From positions 151,205 through 215,204 of the forward strand of contig CAZXEH010000001.1 of the NCBI GenBank assembly GCA_964639885.1: a DNA stretch of 64,000 nucleotides. The letters run 5' to 3'. The notes under the pieces are model-generated. The model searched no databases. It was not told where the DNA came from and saw only the letters and a list, made by a program, of their open reading frames with translations. Shown one piece after another: positions 30,313-39,053 of this stretch. The stretch's first letter is position 1; each line of letters opens with the position of its first letter. The stretch comes from an uncultured Caldisericales bacterium. GTDB lineage: Bacteria > Caldisericota > Caldisericia > JAAYUI01. The position numbers and the translations under genes were made by a program.

Positions 30313-31656
30313 ATGCCGGAAACAAGAATTCCTCCGTTTTCAATTGAAGCCGAACAGGCAACCCTTGGCGGGTTGCTGGTCGACCCCGATGGTTTTGTGA
30401 AGATCAAGTCGTCAATTGCGGGCGACGATTTTTATGAACCAAGGCACCGCATAATTTTTTCAGCCATGATGGTTTTGTACGAATCAGGTAAGCCTGTCGA
30501 CCTTCTCACTGTCACCGAGGCGCTAAAGAATTCGGGTCAGCTTGAAAAAGCAGGAGGAACCAGCTATCTCATGGATCTCACGGCAGCAACCCCAACATCA
30601 GCAAACATTGCCTATTACAGCGAAATTGTCGTTGAAAAATCAGTTCTGCGAAGGGTCATAGACACCGGTGGAACCATCGCCAAACTCGCCTATGAGGAAG
30701 GCGCAAACGCCGATGAGGTGCTTGACGAGGCCGAAAAAGCAATCTTTTCAATCTCAAGCTCAAACGCCAGAACCGGTTTTGTTCAGGTTCGTGAGTTGCT
30801 TTCTCCGGTTTTCAACCGAATCGAGGAGATAAACAAAAATAAATCAGGAATAACCGGCGTTCCAACCGGCTACTACGACCTGGACAAGATGACAGCCGGA
30901 TTTCAAAAGTCAGACCTCATCATTTTGGCAGCCAGGCCATCTGTTGGAAAATCCTCATTTGGTCTCAACATTGCCTGCAACATCGCTTTGCGGGAGAAGA
31001 AACCGGTTGCCATATTCAGCCTTGAAATGTCGAAAGAGTCGCTTGTTGAGCGCATGATGGCCTCTGAAGCCAGAGTCAACGCGCAGGATATGAGGCGAGG
31101 AACCCTGAGCGACGACTCATGGCCAAAGATCAGCCATTGTATCGGTGAACTCTATAATGCACCAATATTTGTCGACGACACCCCGGAGCTTTCAGCACTT
31201 GAATTGAGGGCAAAAGCAAGAAAACTTGCCATGGAAAAAGGCCTGTCGCTTGTCATTATCGACTATCTGCAGCTCATGCACACAAAAATGAAGGTTGAAA
31301 ACAGGGTTCAGGAAGTTTCGCAGATAACAAGATCGCTCAAGGCTCTGGCAAGGGAATTGAGCGTGCCCATCATCGTCCAGTCCCAGCTTTCACGAACCAT
31401 TGAACAGCGCACGGATCACAAGCCTGTTCTTTCGGACTTGAGGGAATCAGGGTCAATCGAACAGGATGCCGACGTTGTAATGTTCCTCTCACCGCCTGGC
31501 TCCGAAAAGGACAGGCAGCTTGGCATCATCGACCTGATCCTGGCAAAACAGAGGAATGGCCCTGTTGGCACCATCAGACTCAAATTCATGCGCCAGTTCA
31601 CCCGTTTTGAAAACATGACAGCTGGTGACGATGACGCGGTTGCGGTGGACTTCTGA
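30313..31656 (+). CDS. dnaB: Replicative DNA helicase DnaB
   Basis: N-terminal PPFSIEAEQATLGGLL. Walker A ARPSVGKSSF. RecA-like C-terminal domain. The ORF track starts at a TTG at 30277. Confidence 0.92.
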   Translation: MPETRIPPFSIEAEQATLGGLLVDPDGFVKIKSSIAGDDFYEPRHRIIFSAMMVLYESGKPVDLLTVTEALKNSGQLEKAGGTSYLMDLTAATPTSANIAYYSEIVVEKSVLRRVIDTGGTIAKLAYEEGANADEVLDEAEKAIFSISSSNARTGFVQVRELLSPVFNRIEEINKNKSGITGVPTGYYDLDKMTAGFQKSDLIILAARPSVGKSSFGLNIACNIALREKKPVAIFSLEMSKESLVERMMASEARVNAQDMRRGTLSDDSWPKISHCIGELYNAPIFVDDTPELSALELRAKARKLAMEKGLSLVIIDYLQLMHTKMKVENRVQEVSQITRSLKALARELSVPIIVQSQLSRTIEQRTDHKPVLSDLRESGSIEQDADVVMFLSPPGSEKDRQLGIIDLILAKQRNGPVGTIRLKFMRQFTRFENMTAGDDDAVAVDF

Positions 31657-31683
31657 ACCAAAACGGCACCCTGACCGTCTCTG

Positions 31684-32193
31684 ATGGTGGTGAAGGTGTT
31701 GGATGAAAATGAGCTTGTCAGGCTCGCAGCCTCAGGTGATGAAGAGGCTTTCATGATGCTTGCCTCATTATGCAAGGACACAATAGGCCGTGTCGCCTAT
31801 TTCATAGCAAGAAATCGTGATGAGGCTGACGATATTGCATCGGAAGCATTCCTTCGAGCCTGGGTGCACATAAAGTCAAAAAAACCTGACATACCCTTCA
31901 GAATCTGGGTGGCGCGAATTGCAAAAAATCTTGCAATTGACAAATACAGGAGGAACAGACAGAATCTTCCCCAGGAGGAATGGTTTGAGCCGGATTTGCC
32001 AGCAGAGGTTATTGATGTGAGAAAGGCTCTGATTGATCTGCCTGTTGACCAAAGAATGGCAGTTACACTGATGTATTTTGATGACATGAGCGTTTCCGAT
32101 ATAGCCAAGGTGATGGGAATACCTGAAGGAACTGTAAAATCCAGGGTGTTTCTTGCCAAGGAAAAGATGAGAAAGAGGCTTGGAGATGATTGA
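31684..32193 (+). CDS. ECF-type sigma-70 family RNA polymerase sigma factor
   Basis: Region 2 (FLRAWVHIKSKK...WVARIAKNLAIDKYRR) and region 4 HTH (MSVSDIAKVMGIPEGTVKSRVFLAKEKMRKRL). Confidence 0.85.
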   Translation: MVVKVLDENELVRLAASGDEEAFMMLASLCKDTIGRVAYFIARNRDEADDIASEAFLRAWVHIKSKKPDIPFRIWVARIAKNLAIDKYRRNRQNLPQEEWFEPDLPAEVIDVRKALIDLPVDQRMAVTLMYFDDMSVSDIAKVMGIPEGTVKSRVFLAKEKMRKRLGDD

Positions 32194-32428
32194 GAACAGA
32201 CTGAGAATGGCCAGACCTGAAGGGGTGCTCAGGGATGATTTCCTCGATCGCCTGAGAGTGGCTGTGAAAAATGCTGGACAGGCCGCAATTGCCAATCCCT
32301 TTGCCAGCGCTGCGGGATGGACGCTCGCAGGAATGGCTGCGTGCTTCACGCTCCTTGCGGCTGTTGGCAGACTTGATCTCTTGCCAGACATCGTCTCAAA
32401 GCTCGTTCGCTTCGTTGGGGGATCATGA
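32180..32428 (+). CDS. Small putative anti-sigma factor (single TM)
   Basis: Overlaps the sigma gene by 14 nt. One hydrophobic helix. Its position is typical of an anti-sigma. Confidence 0.4.
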   Translation: MEMIENRLRMARPEGVLRDDFLDRLRVAVKNAGQAAIANPFASAAGWTLAGMAACFTLLAAVGRLDLLPDIVSKLVRFVGGS

Positions 32429-33012
32429 AGGCGGTTCTTGACCAGCTGAGGCTGCTTTTTGTCAAGCCTTCACAGGCGGTGGACAGTAATCCTTCAATCA
32501 TCGGATCGGTCAGCTGGACAGCCATCTTATTGTTTGCCACGTTTCTCCTCCTCTTCAAAAATGCTCTCAATCCAAGCATCGTAAGCGTTTCTCCGGTTCA
32601 GCTGTTTACAAGCGACAAAATCCTTGAATCGTTTCTGGAAAATGTCAGCGCTCAATTTCTGCTCCTTTGCATCCCGTTTGCGGTTGTTCTCGGTGCAGAT
32701 GGTTTCAGGAAACTGCTCTCAAACCTGGCAATCCTGCAGATTCCGGCGCTCATCATGGCGGTTTTTGGTTTCCTGTACGAAACAGCATTCTGGCCACTCT
32801 ACAAAACGCTTCCAATCTCAGGACTTCAGGCAAAGGCTGCCTTTGATGCCATATTCCTTCTTTATCCTGCGCTTTTGATGCTGTTCTATCGTTATGTAAT
32901 CATCTGGATCGTGGCTGTCAAAGCCGGCGCAAACGGGAAGAAGGTGTTCCTGATGATTCTCATCCACGCTGCCCTTTGTGCCTGTTTGTTTTTCCTTGGA
33001 GGATTGATATGA
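32425..33012 (+). CDS. Multi-TM membrane protein of unknown function
   Basis: 195-aa hydrophobic ORF, translationally coupled on both sides. Confidence 0.5.
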   Translation: MKAVLDQLRLLFVKPSQAVDSNPSIIGSVSWTAILLFATFLLLFKNALNPSIVSVSPVQLFTSDKILESFLENVSAQFLLLCIPFAVVLGADGFRKLLSNLAILQIPALIMAVFGFLYETAFWPLYKTLPISGLQAKAAFDAIFLLYPALLMLFYRYVIIWIVAVKAGANGKKVFLMILIHAALCACLFFLGGLI

Positions 33013-34433
33013 AGCGTGCATGGATATGGATTCTGGTTGGTCTTGTAGTTTTTGCCGGCATCTATGCCCTTGTCTTTCCGCAAAGCCAGATGCCGGTTCG
33101 GATTTCCCTTCAAAAGCTGGATGTAAAGTACACGCCTGCCGATGATTACTATGTTGACAATGAAAAGCTGATAACTTCAAAAGGTGAAACAATTCCACTT
33201 CCAGAACCTTATGGTTTGCTACCTACTGGATTGTCCTGGGATGTACCAAAAATTGATGGTTACGAGGAAAAAGACGGCAAGGTTTATGTTTCCTTTGGTG
33301 GCAATCCGTATCTTTGGGACGGAAGCTGGCAAACAACCGATTACAAACCCAAACCACACGATGACTATGTTCAAAAGGACTATTCAACCTACAATTTCAA
33401 AGGCATCGAAAACGGGAATCTGATGCTCGAGTCGGTTGAAGGAGAAAAACTCCGGTTTGATCTTGAAAAAAATCTCTCCACGGGTGATTTCAAACCAGTG
33501 GTCAACTCTGTCGGTGCCAATGGCGTAAAGGTCAATGACAGTTTCTATTTTCCAACCGAACCCAACGACGGTCGCATTGAAAAGGTAAAAGATGGCGAAC
33601 TGGTGGCAAAACTCGACCGATCAAGGCTTGATGTGCAAGCTGTCCCTATGTTCGTTACTTCTGACGGCAAATCCATCTTTACCGCCATCTGGTACATAGG
33701 AAGCCAGGAAAAACCAATGTCATCCATCCAGGTTTACGACCCTGATCTCAAATACATAACCGAATTTGGTGATTACAGGTTTGGTAAAAAAATAAGGGGT
33801 TTCGGGTACTCCAACTCAATGGTTCTGGCGCTTTGGGATGATGGTTTGCTCGAGGGCTTTTCAACCAGCGGTTTCCTGATGTTTTCTCAAAAAATTGCCG
33901 ACGAATGCACTGGAATGATGATCGCAGGCGAAAGGATATTTGTTAAAGGAAACACCTGGATTGGTTTGCTTGGAATAACCGTTGTCAAGCCGGAAACACC
34001 GGTTTGGCCGAGGATTTTGGACGTTGGGCTGATCAACCGTGAAACCACACAGACCGTTACCATCATAACAAAAGCCGAACCAGAGCTTCAAATCAAGGGT
34101 TCAAACGTATCAATCATCGGCAATTCCAAACTTGGTGATGCCTGGAGAATTCAACTGCTGCTAAACCCCGTAGGATTGAAGGCTTTCGAAGAACACTCGT
34201 GCGAGTTGATTGTTGACATGGGCAAGATTCATGAGATAGTGCCGATCACTTTCACGCCATATCAGAAGGCCAGAAGATTCTACTGGATCGGCGAGTCTGC
34301 CGTTGATTCGGAGACCGGCGAAAGGCTTGATGCAAAAGCACTCGATAAGATTCCAGGCAAGAAGATCGAGAACCGGTTTTCAAAAGAGATAATCATTCTT
34401 TCACCGGAACCTGGGGCAGTGGTTGTCAAATGA
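33009..34433 (+). CDS. N-terminally anchored extracytoplasmic protein of unknown function
   Basis: The ATG at 33009 follows GGAGG and forms an ATGA overlap with the upstream gene. The ORF track starts at 32976. It has a TM anchor and a large soluble domain with no recognised motifs. Confidence 0.5.
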   Translation: MKRAWIWILVGLVVFAGIYALVFPQSQMPVRISLQKLDVKYTPADDYYVDNEKLITSKGETIPLPEPYGLLPTGLSWDVPKIDGYEEKDGKVYVSFGGNPYLWDGSWQTTDYKPKPHDDYVQKDYSTYNFKGIENGNLMLESVEGEKLRFDLEKNLSTGDFKPVVNSVGANGVKVNDSFYFPTEPNDGRIEKVKDGELVAKLDRSRLDVQAVPMFVTSDGKSIFTAIWYIGSQEKPMSSIQVYDPDLKYITEFGDYRFGKKIRGFGYSNSMVLALWDDGLLEGFSTSGFLMFSQKIADECTGMMIAGERIFVKGNTWIGLLGITVVKPETPVWPRILDVGLINRETTQTVTIITKAEPELQIKGSNVSIIGNSKLGDAWRIQLLLNPVGLKAFEEHSCELIVDMGKIHEIVPITFTPYQKARRFYWIGESAVDSETGERLDAKALDKIPGKKIENRFSKEIIILSPEPGAVVVK

Positions 34434-35309
34434 CAGCACTGGGCCACGTTTCTGGCTGGACGTATGAGGTGCGGTGACGTCCATGACCAGATGGGTCTCC
34501 TCGTTGTTTATACCCATCATCGTGGCTTTTCTGCATAGCGGCAGGCTTTTTTTGCTTTTTGGATAGTCGTTGATTACGGTGAATTCCCATTTGGATTTTG
34601 GTGGAGCCGTAAGGCAGCAGGCTTTTGCCCTGTTTTCGAATATGAATACCGGCTGTTCCGGGGTGTTTGGCAACTCAGATGACGAAACAGGTAGCGACTT
34701 TGGCTGGTACAGCCCTCCCTTGCCGTCGACTATGGCTGGATAATACGCTTCAAGCGCATAGAGGTATCTGAACGGATTCTTGGAGGCATAGGATTCATAG
34801 ATGGTCGAGACTGTTTTGCCGCTGCTGTGGAAGAATGTCTGCATCAGGAAACTGTAGACTTTGTGTGTCGTGAAGAGTGCGTTGACAGCAATCCCGTTTT
34901 TGTAACTTGTCATGAATGGGCCGAGGTTGCACTGGCTCCGTTTGAGATCGAATGAGGTTGGAAAGTAGCGATGTCTGTTGATTTTCGAGCCGGAAGGCAG
35001 AAAGACGGCAAGCGTGAACTCAAGGCCGTCTTTCTGTGAAAGTCTTGTTCTTATGTTCCAGCTTTCCCCGCGGTAAAAATGCACCGTTCCCCAACGATTG
35101 CAATGATCACCCAGCAGGTTTCCCTTCACCGTCTGGGCAAGATTCTGGTTTTTCAGTTTCTCGAGCGTTTCCATGGACGTGCAGAGCGTGCCGTCTATGG
35201 GATCAGTTGCCAGAGCATCGACCATAAACCTTGCGACAGCCGGCGAAAGCCTCCCATATACAATCTCTTCAATAGTATCTATCTGTGGCAGATTTCTCAC
35301 GTCCGACAT
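34401..35309 (-). CDS. Hypothetical protein
   Basis: The ORF runs to a GTG at 35330. The first ATG is at 35309. No recognised motif. Confidence 0.4.
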   Translation of the reverse strand: MSDVRNLPQIDTIEEIVYGRLSPAVARFMVDALATDPIDGTLCTSMETLEKLKNQNLAQTVKGNLLGDHCNRWGTVHFYRGESWNIRTRLSQKDGLEFTLAVFLPSGSKINRHRYFPTSFDLKRSQCNLGPFMTSYKNGIAVNALFTTHKVYSFLMQTFFHSSGKTVSTIYESYASKNPFRYLYALEAYYPAIVDGKGGLYQPKSLPVSSSELPNTPEQPVFIFENRAKACCLTAPPKSKWEFTVINDYPKSKKSLPLCRKATMMGINNEETHLVMDVTAPHTSSQKRGPVLSFDNHCPRFR

Positions 35310-35323
35310 TGTATATAAGGGGT

Positions 35324-35341
35324 GTGACACCTATTTGTCAC
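35324..35341. promoter_or_regulatory. Perfect palindrome GTGACA-N6-TGTCAC in an AT-rich intergenic region, at the 5' end of the gene at 34401-35309
   Basis: 6-6-6 inverted repeat at 35324-35329 and 35336-35341. It resembles a CRP/FNR-class operator. Confidence 0.35.
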
Positions 35342-35564
35342 TACATATTTTGTTTATTTTACATAGTTTTATTTAGCCCAAGAAATTTAGTATCAGACAT
35401 CAAAAAGAAGCTATTTTTTTGCGATTAGGAAAAATATGTTGATTTTTTCAACGAAGTTTTAGGTTAAGAAATATTATATACTATAGGGTATAGTTATGTC
35501 AGTTAGCTAATACTAATTTAGAATACAAAATAGTTATAGACCAATAGATGACATTAATTCAATC

Positions 35565-36017
35565 TTAAAGTTCTCTATTTGCGATCTCGTCTATTATCGC
35601 CGATAGATTTTCGCTGACTTCCTTTGTCATTTCCAGCCCAAAGGTCAGAACTTCCTTTACTTCAACGGCATAAATCCTGAAATTCCTCGGTACTTTGACG
35701 CCCATTTCTTCACCCATCTTGATGGCTGTGGCGAAGTTGATGTCGTGGACGTTGCTGGCGTGGCTGGTTTCCTTGAAGTTTTCAGGCGTCAGTATCGCCA
35801 GTGAACCGATCGGGAACTGACCGGAGAATATAGAATCAACCAGCACTGCTTCATCATAACCATCGGATACGTCAACAATTGTCATGCCACCTGAGCTGAG
35901 TCTGACAAAATGGATGTCCGGGTTTGTGTTTCTTTTCTCAAGTTCATCGAGAATCAGGAGTCCAACGCGATCATCGGAGAGTATTGGGTTTCCAAGGCCA
36001 ATAATAACTTTTTTCAC
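35565..36017 (-). CDS. Hydrogenase maturation endopeptidase (HycI/HybD/FrhD family)
   Basis: MKKVIIGLGNPILSDDRVGL N-terminus. It is the last gene of the hydrogenase cluster. Confidence 0.8.
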   Translation of the reverse strand: MKKVIIGLGNPILSDDRVGLLILDELEKRNTNPDIHFVRLSSGGMTIVDVSDGYDEAVLVDSIFSGQFPIGSLAILTPENFKETSHASNVHDINFATAIKMGEEMGVKVPRNFRIYAVEVKEVLTFGLEMTKEVSENLSAIIDEIANREL

Positions 36018-36080
36018 ATTTCACCTTCGTAATAAAAAGAGCCGCTGATTTTGTCAGCGGCTCTTGTGATAGCTGGGTGC

Positions 36081-37586
36081 CTACCTGTTTGAAAGGGTCT
36101 GGACGACGTTGCCGTCTCTGGTCTTAAGCTCGATCTCCATCGGCATTGAGCCCGGGAGCGAGTGTGTGGCACAGGAGAAGCACGGGTCATAAGCCCTGAA
36201 GACCATTTCGATGAGGTTGAAGATACCATCGGAAACCTGGCCGTCCTTGATGAAAGCCTTTGCGGTTTTGGCGGTTTCGAAGCAGATGGCTCCGTGGTTG
36301 AAGGCTGTTGCAACGATCATGTTGGCCTTTGTTACAAAGCCGTTGTCGTCGCATTCGTAGTGGTGAACGATTGTTCCGCGTGGCGCCTCGATTGAACCCA
36401 TACCGAACTTCTTGTTTGTTTTTGGCATTGTTCTGACGTTTGGATCGAGGATCTGCGGATCGTTCATCAGTTCCTGAAGCCTTTCAGAGGCATAGAGGAG
36501 TTCAATGAGTCTTGCCCAGTGGTTGCCAAGCGAGAACTGAACCGGTCTTGGGCCGACTGTCTTCATGAAGCGATCCCATTCGGCGTTGGCAAGCGGTGTT
36601 GCCATTCCGTCCGAGACGTTGATTCTTGAGAGCGGAGCGACTCTTACGAGGCCTGACTTTGGGCCATCGGTGATGCCGTTCCAGCCCACTTTTTTGAGGT
36701 ACGGGAACTTGAGATAGCTCCACGGAAGAACCTGCTCACCGATGTAGTCGAGGTAGTCCTTTGCGTGGAAATTTGCAACTTCCTTGCCAGCCTGATCCAT
36801 GATTCTCATGTTGCCGGAGTAGAAGTTTGCATGATTTTTTTCATCAACCATGCCCATGTGGTAGCTGTCGCACTGGTACAGGTCTTTGTTTGTGATGATG
36901 TCGACGTATGCTTTGTTTCCAAGCACTACCTGGTTGAAGATGTCAATTGTCTTCTTTGAGAAGGCAATGAAATCCTTTGAGAGCTCGAGGATTTCTTTCT
37001 GCTGTGCCTTTGTGATCGGCTTGCTGATTCCGCCTGGGAGGCCAAACACCGGGTGGGTTGCCCTTCCACCGATGATTTCCTGAATCTTCTGGGCAAGAAC
37101 CCTCATGTGGAGGACTTCCTTGACCAGATCAGCACCGACGGCACCGATGAGGCCGATTACGTTTCTTTCGGCAACAGGTGCGCCTGGGCCAAGAACAAAG
37201 TCTGGAGCTGCAAGGGCGTAGAAATGGAGGATGTGTGAGTGGATCATGTGGGCGGCGTAGGCTGCTTCCCTGAGCATGTGGGCTGTCTTTGGTGGTTCGG
37301 CATCAAACATCATGTCCAGAACCTTGGATGAGGCGAGGTGGTGTGCCCACGGGCAGATGCCACACAGGGCGGTTACGATTCTTGGCATTTCTTCGACTGG
37401 TCTGCCTTTGCAGAATTCCTCGAAACCCCTGAGTTCGACTACCTGGAAATATGCTTCATCAACATTTCCCTTGTCATCGAGGAAGATTTCGATTTTTGCG
37501 TGGCCGTCAAGCCTCGAAACCGGCGAGACGGTCAGGTGGTTTGATTCCGCCTTGTGTGTCTTGTCAAAAATGATTGGTTCTGCCAT
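36081..37586 (-). CDS. mvhA: [NiFe] hydrogenase large subunit, MvhA-type (methyl-viologen-reducing / F420-non-reducing)
   Basis: N-terminal RxCGxC-like motif ALCGICPWAHH. C-terminal DPCFSCATH Ni-Fe ligand motif. Confidence 0.9.
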   Translation of the reverse strand: MAEPIIFDKTHKAESNHLTVSPVSRLDGHAKIEIFLDDKGNVDEAYFQVVELRGFEEFCKGRPVEEMPRIVTALCGICPWAHHLASSKVLDMMFDAEPPKTAHMLREAAYAAHMIHSHILHFYALAAPDFVLGPGAPVAERNVIGLIGAVGADLVKEVLHMRVLAQKIQEIIGGRATHPVFGLPGGISKPITKAQQKEILELSKDFIAFSKKTIDIFNQVVLGNKAYVDIITNKDLYQCDSYHMGMVDEKNHANFYSGNMRIMDQAGKEVANFHAKDYLDYIGEQVLPWSYLKFPYLKKVGWNGITDGPKSGLVRVAPLSRINVSDGMATPLANAEWDRFMKTVGPRPVQFSLGNHWARLIELLYASERLQELMNDPQILDPNVRTMPKTNKKFGMGSIEAPRGTIVHHYECDDNGFVTKANMIVATAFNHGAICFETAKTAKAFIKDGQVSDGIFNLIEMVFRAYDPCFSCATHSLPGSMPMEIELKTRDGNVVQTLSNR

Positions 37587-37588
37587 CT

Positions 37589-38605
37589 TTATTCCTCCAC
37601 ATCTTCCACAACTTCGTTGACCAGAGCCGAACCGAAGCTGTAGCGGTAGAATGTTCCGAGCGGGTCTGGAACCATTGCTGCGATTTTGTCGACTTCGTTC
37701 TCTTCCAGGTTGAGTTCGTCATCCCTGTAGTCGAGAACCGAGGCCAGACCGGAGAGGGTTGAGAGACCCTGATCCATGACGTGACCGGTTGGGCCATAAC
37801 ATCCCCTGCATGGCATGTTGCCGATGTTTGTGCACTGTGCACCACAACCGGCTCTTGTTGCTATGCCCGAGCAGATGATGCCCTGATCAAGGAAGCACTT
37901 TTCCTCATCAAGTGGAACCATGTGTGGTCTGTTGATCTTCTTGATGTTGTAACGGTCTGATTTCTTCCTCTTGCACTCATCGCACAGCGACTTCTCCGAG
38001 GCGATGATTGTGCCTTTTGGCGGAAGCGGTTTGCCGGCTGTTACAAAGCCGTGGACTGCCATGATAAGTGCTGTGATGGTCGGAACTGACGGCGGGCAGC
38101 CTGGAAGATAGTAGTCAACGTCGACGATCTCGTCCATCCTGACGATCTTCTGGTTTGCCTTTGGAAGGGTGAGGATGTTGCCCTTTGGGGTTTTCCACTC
38201 GTAGTTCGGGCGTTCGCCCTTTTCGTTTGTGGTTGAGGCTGTTTCTCCGTAAACGGTGTCCCAGATGGTCTTCATTCCACCCTTTACCGAGTTGGCAAGT
38301 GACGGGATGCCTCCAAATGCGGCACAGGCACCAAAAGCAACCATGAGGGCTGATTTCTTTCTGAGGAGTTTGACCATGTGGACGTTTTCCTCGTCCCTCA
38401 TGCAGCCGTGTACGAGGGTTGCAGTGATGTAACCGTCTGGCATGGCTTCAACGTCTTTGTATTTTGCGTCCATGTATGTCGGGCCGAATGCAAGATCGGC
38501 GATGCCGAAGAGGTCGAGCAGGAGTGAGTCGATGTCGAGCAACGCCATGTCGCAGCCGTCGCAGGTTGCAGATCTGTTGACAGCAATTCTAATTTTATCA
38601 GACAT
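37589..38605 (-). CDS. mvhG: [NiFe] hydrogenase small subunit, MvhG-type; cytoplasmic, with no Tat signal
   Basis: N-terminus SATCDGCDM. Multiple Cys clusters for three FeS centres. No twin-arginine leader. Confidence 0.88.
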   Translation of the reverse strand: MSDKIRIAVNRSATCDGCDMALLDIDSLLLDLFGIADLAFGPTYMDAKYKDVEAMPDGYITATLVHGCMRDEENVHMVKLLRKKSALMVAFGACAAFGGIPSLANSVKGGMKTIWDTVYGETASTTNEKGERPNYEWKTPKGNILTLPKANQKIVRMDEIVDVDYYLPGCPPSVPTITALIMAVHGFVTAGKPLPPKGTIIASEKSLCDECKRKKSDRYNIKKINRPHMVPLDEEKCFLDQGIICSGIATRAGCGAQCTNIGNMPCRGCYGPTGHVMDQGLSTLSGLASVLDYRDDELNLEENEVDKIAAMVPDPLGTFYRYSFGSALVNEVVEDVEE

Positions 38606-39053
38606 GAGCTTCCTCCTTCTTGTTCTTTGCCTCGATGAGTTTTTTCCTGATCGGGGAGATGCCCAGTTTGTCGATTTCCTTTGAGAATTCTCTCATCGTG
38701 TCGGCGAACTTCTGGCCTTCTGAGGCTGATATCCACTCAAGCCTGAAACGCTTTGAGGAAATTCCGAGCTGTTTGATCATCCTTTCAAGGAGGGCGATTC
38801 TGCGCCTTTCCCTGTAGTTGCCGGAGATGTAGTGGCAGTCGCCTGGGTGGCAGCCTGCAACGATGACTCCGTCTGCGCCCTTTGAGAAGGCTCTCAGGAC
38901 GATTTCAGGATCGATTCTGGCTGAACACATTGTTCTGATCATCCTGAAGTTTGCAGGCATCTGGAATCTTGACACACCGGCAAGGTCTGCACCGGCGTAA
39001 GTGCACCAGTTGCATGAAAGAACTACAATGAGCGGTTTTCTCTCTTCACTCAC
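38598..39053 (-). CDS. mvhD: MvhD, the [2Fe-2S] hydrogenase delta subunit that links hydrogenase to HdrA
   Basis: LIVVLSCNWCTYAGADLAG...CSARID...GADGVIVAGCHPGDCHY, the typical MvhD pattern. Confidence 0.85.
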   Translation of the reverse strand: MSEERKPLIVVLSCNWCTYAGADLAGVSRFQMPANFRMIRTMCSARIDPEIVLRAFSKGADGVIVAGCHPGDCHYISGNYRERRRIALLERMIKQLGISSKRFRLEWISASEGQKFADTMREFSKEIDKLGISPIRKKLIEAKNKKEEAHV

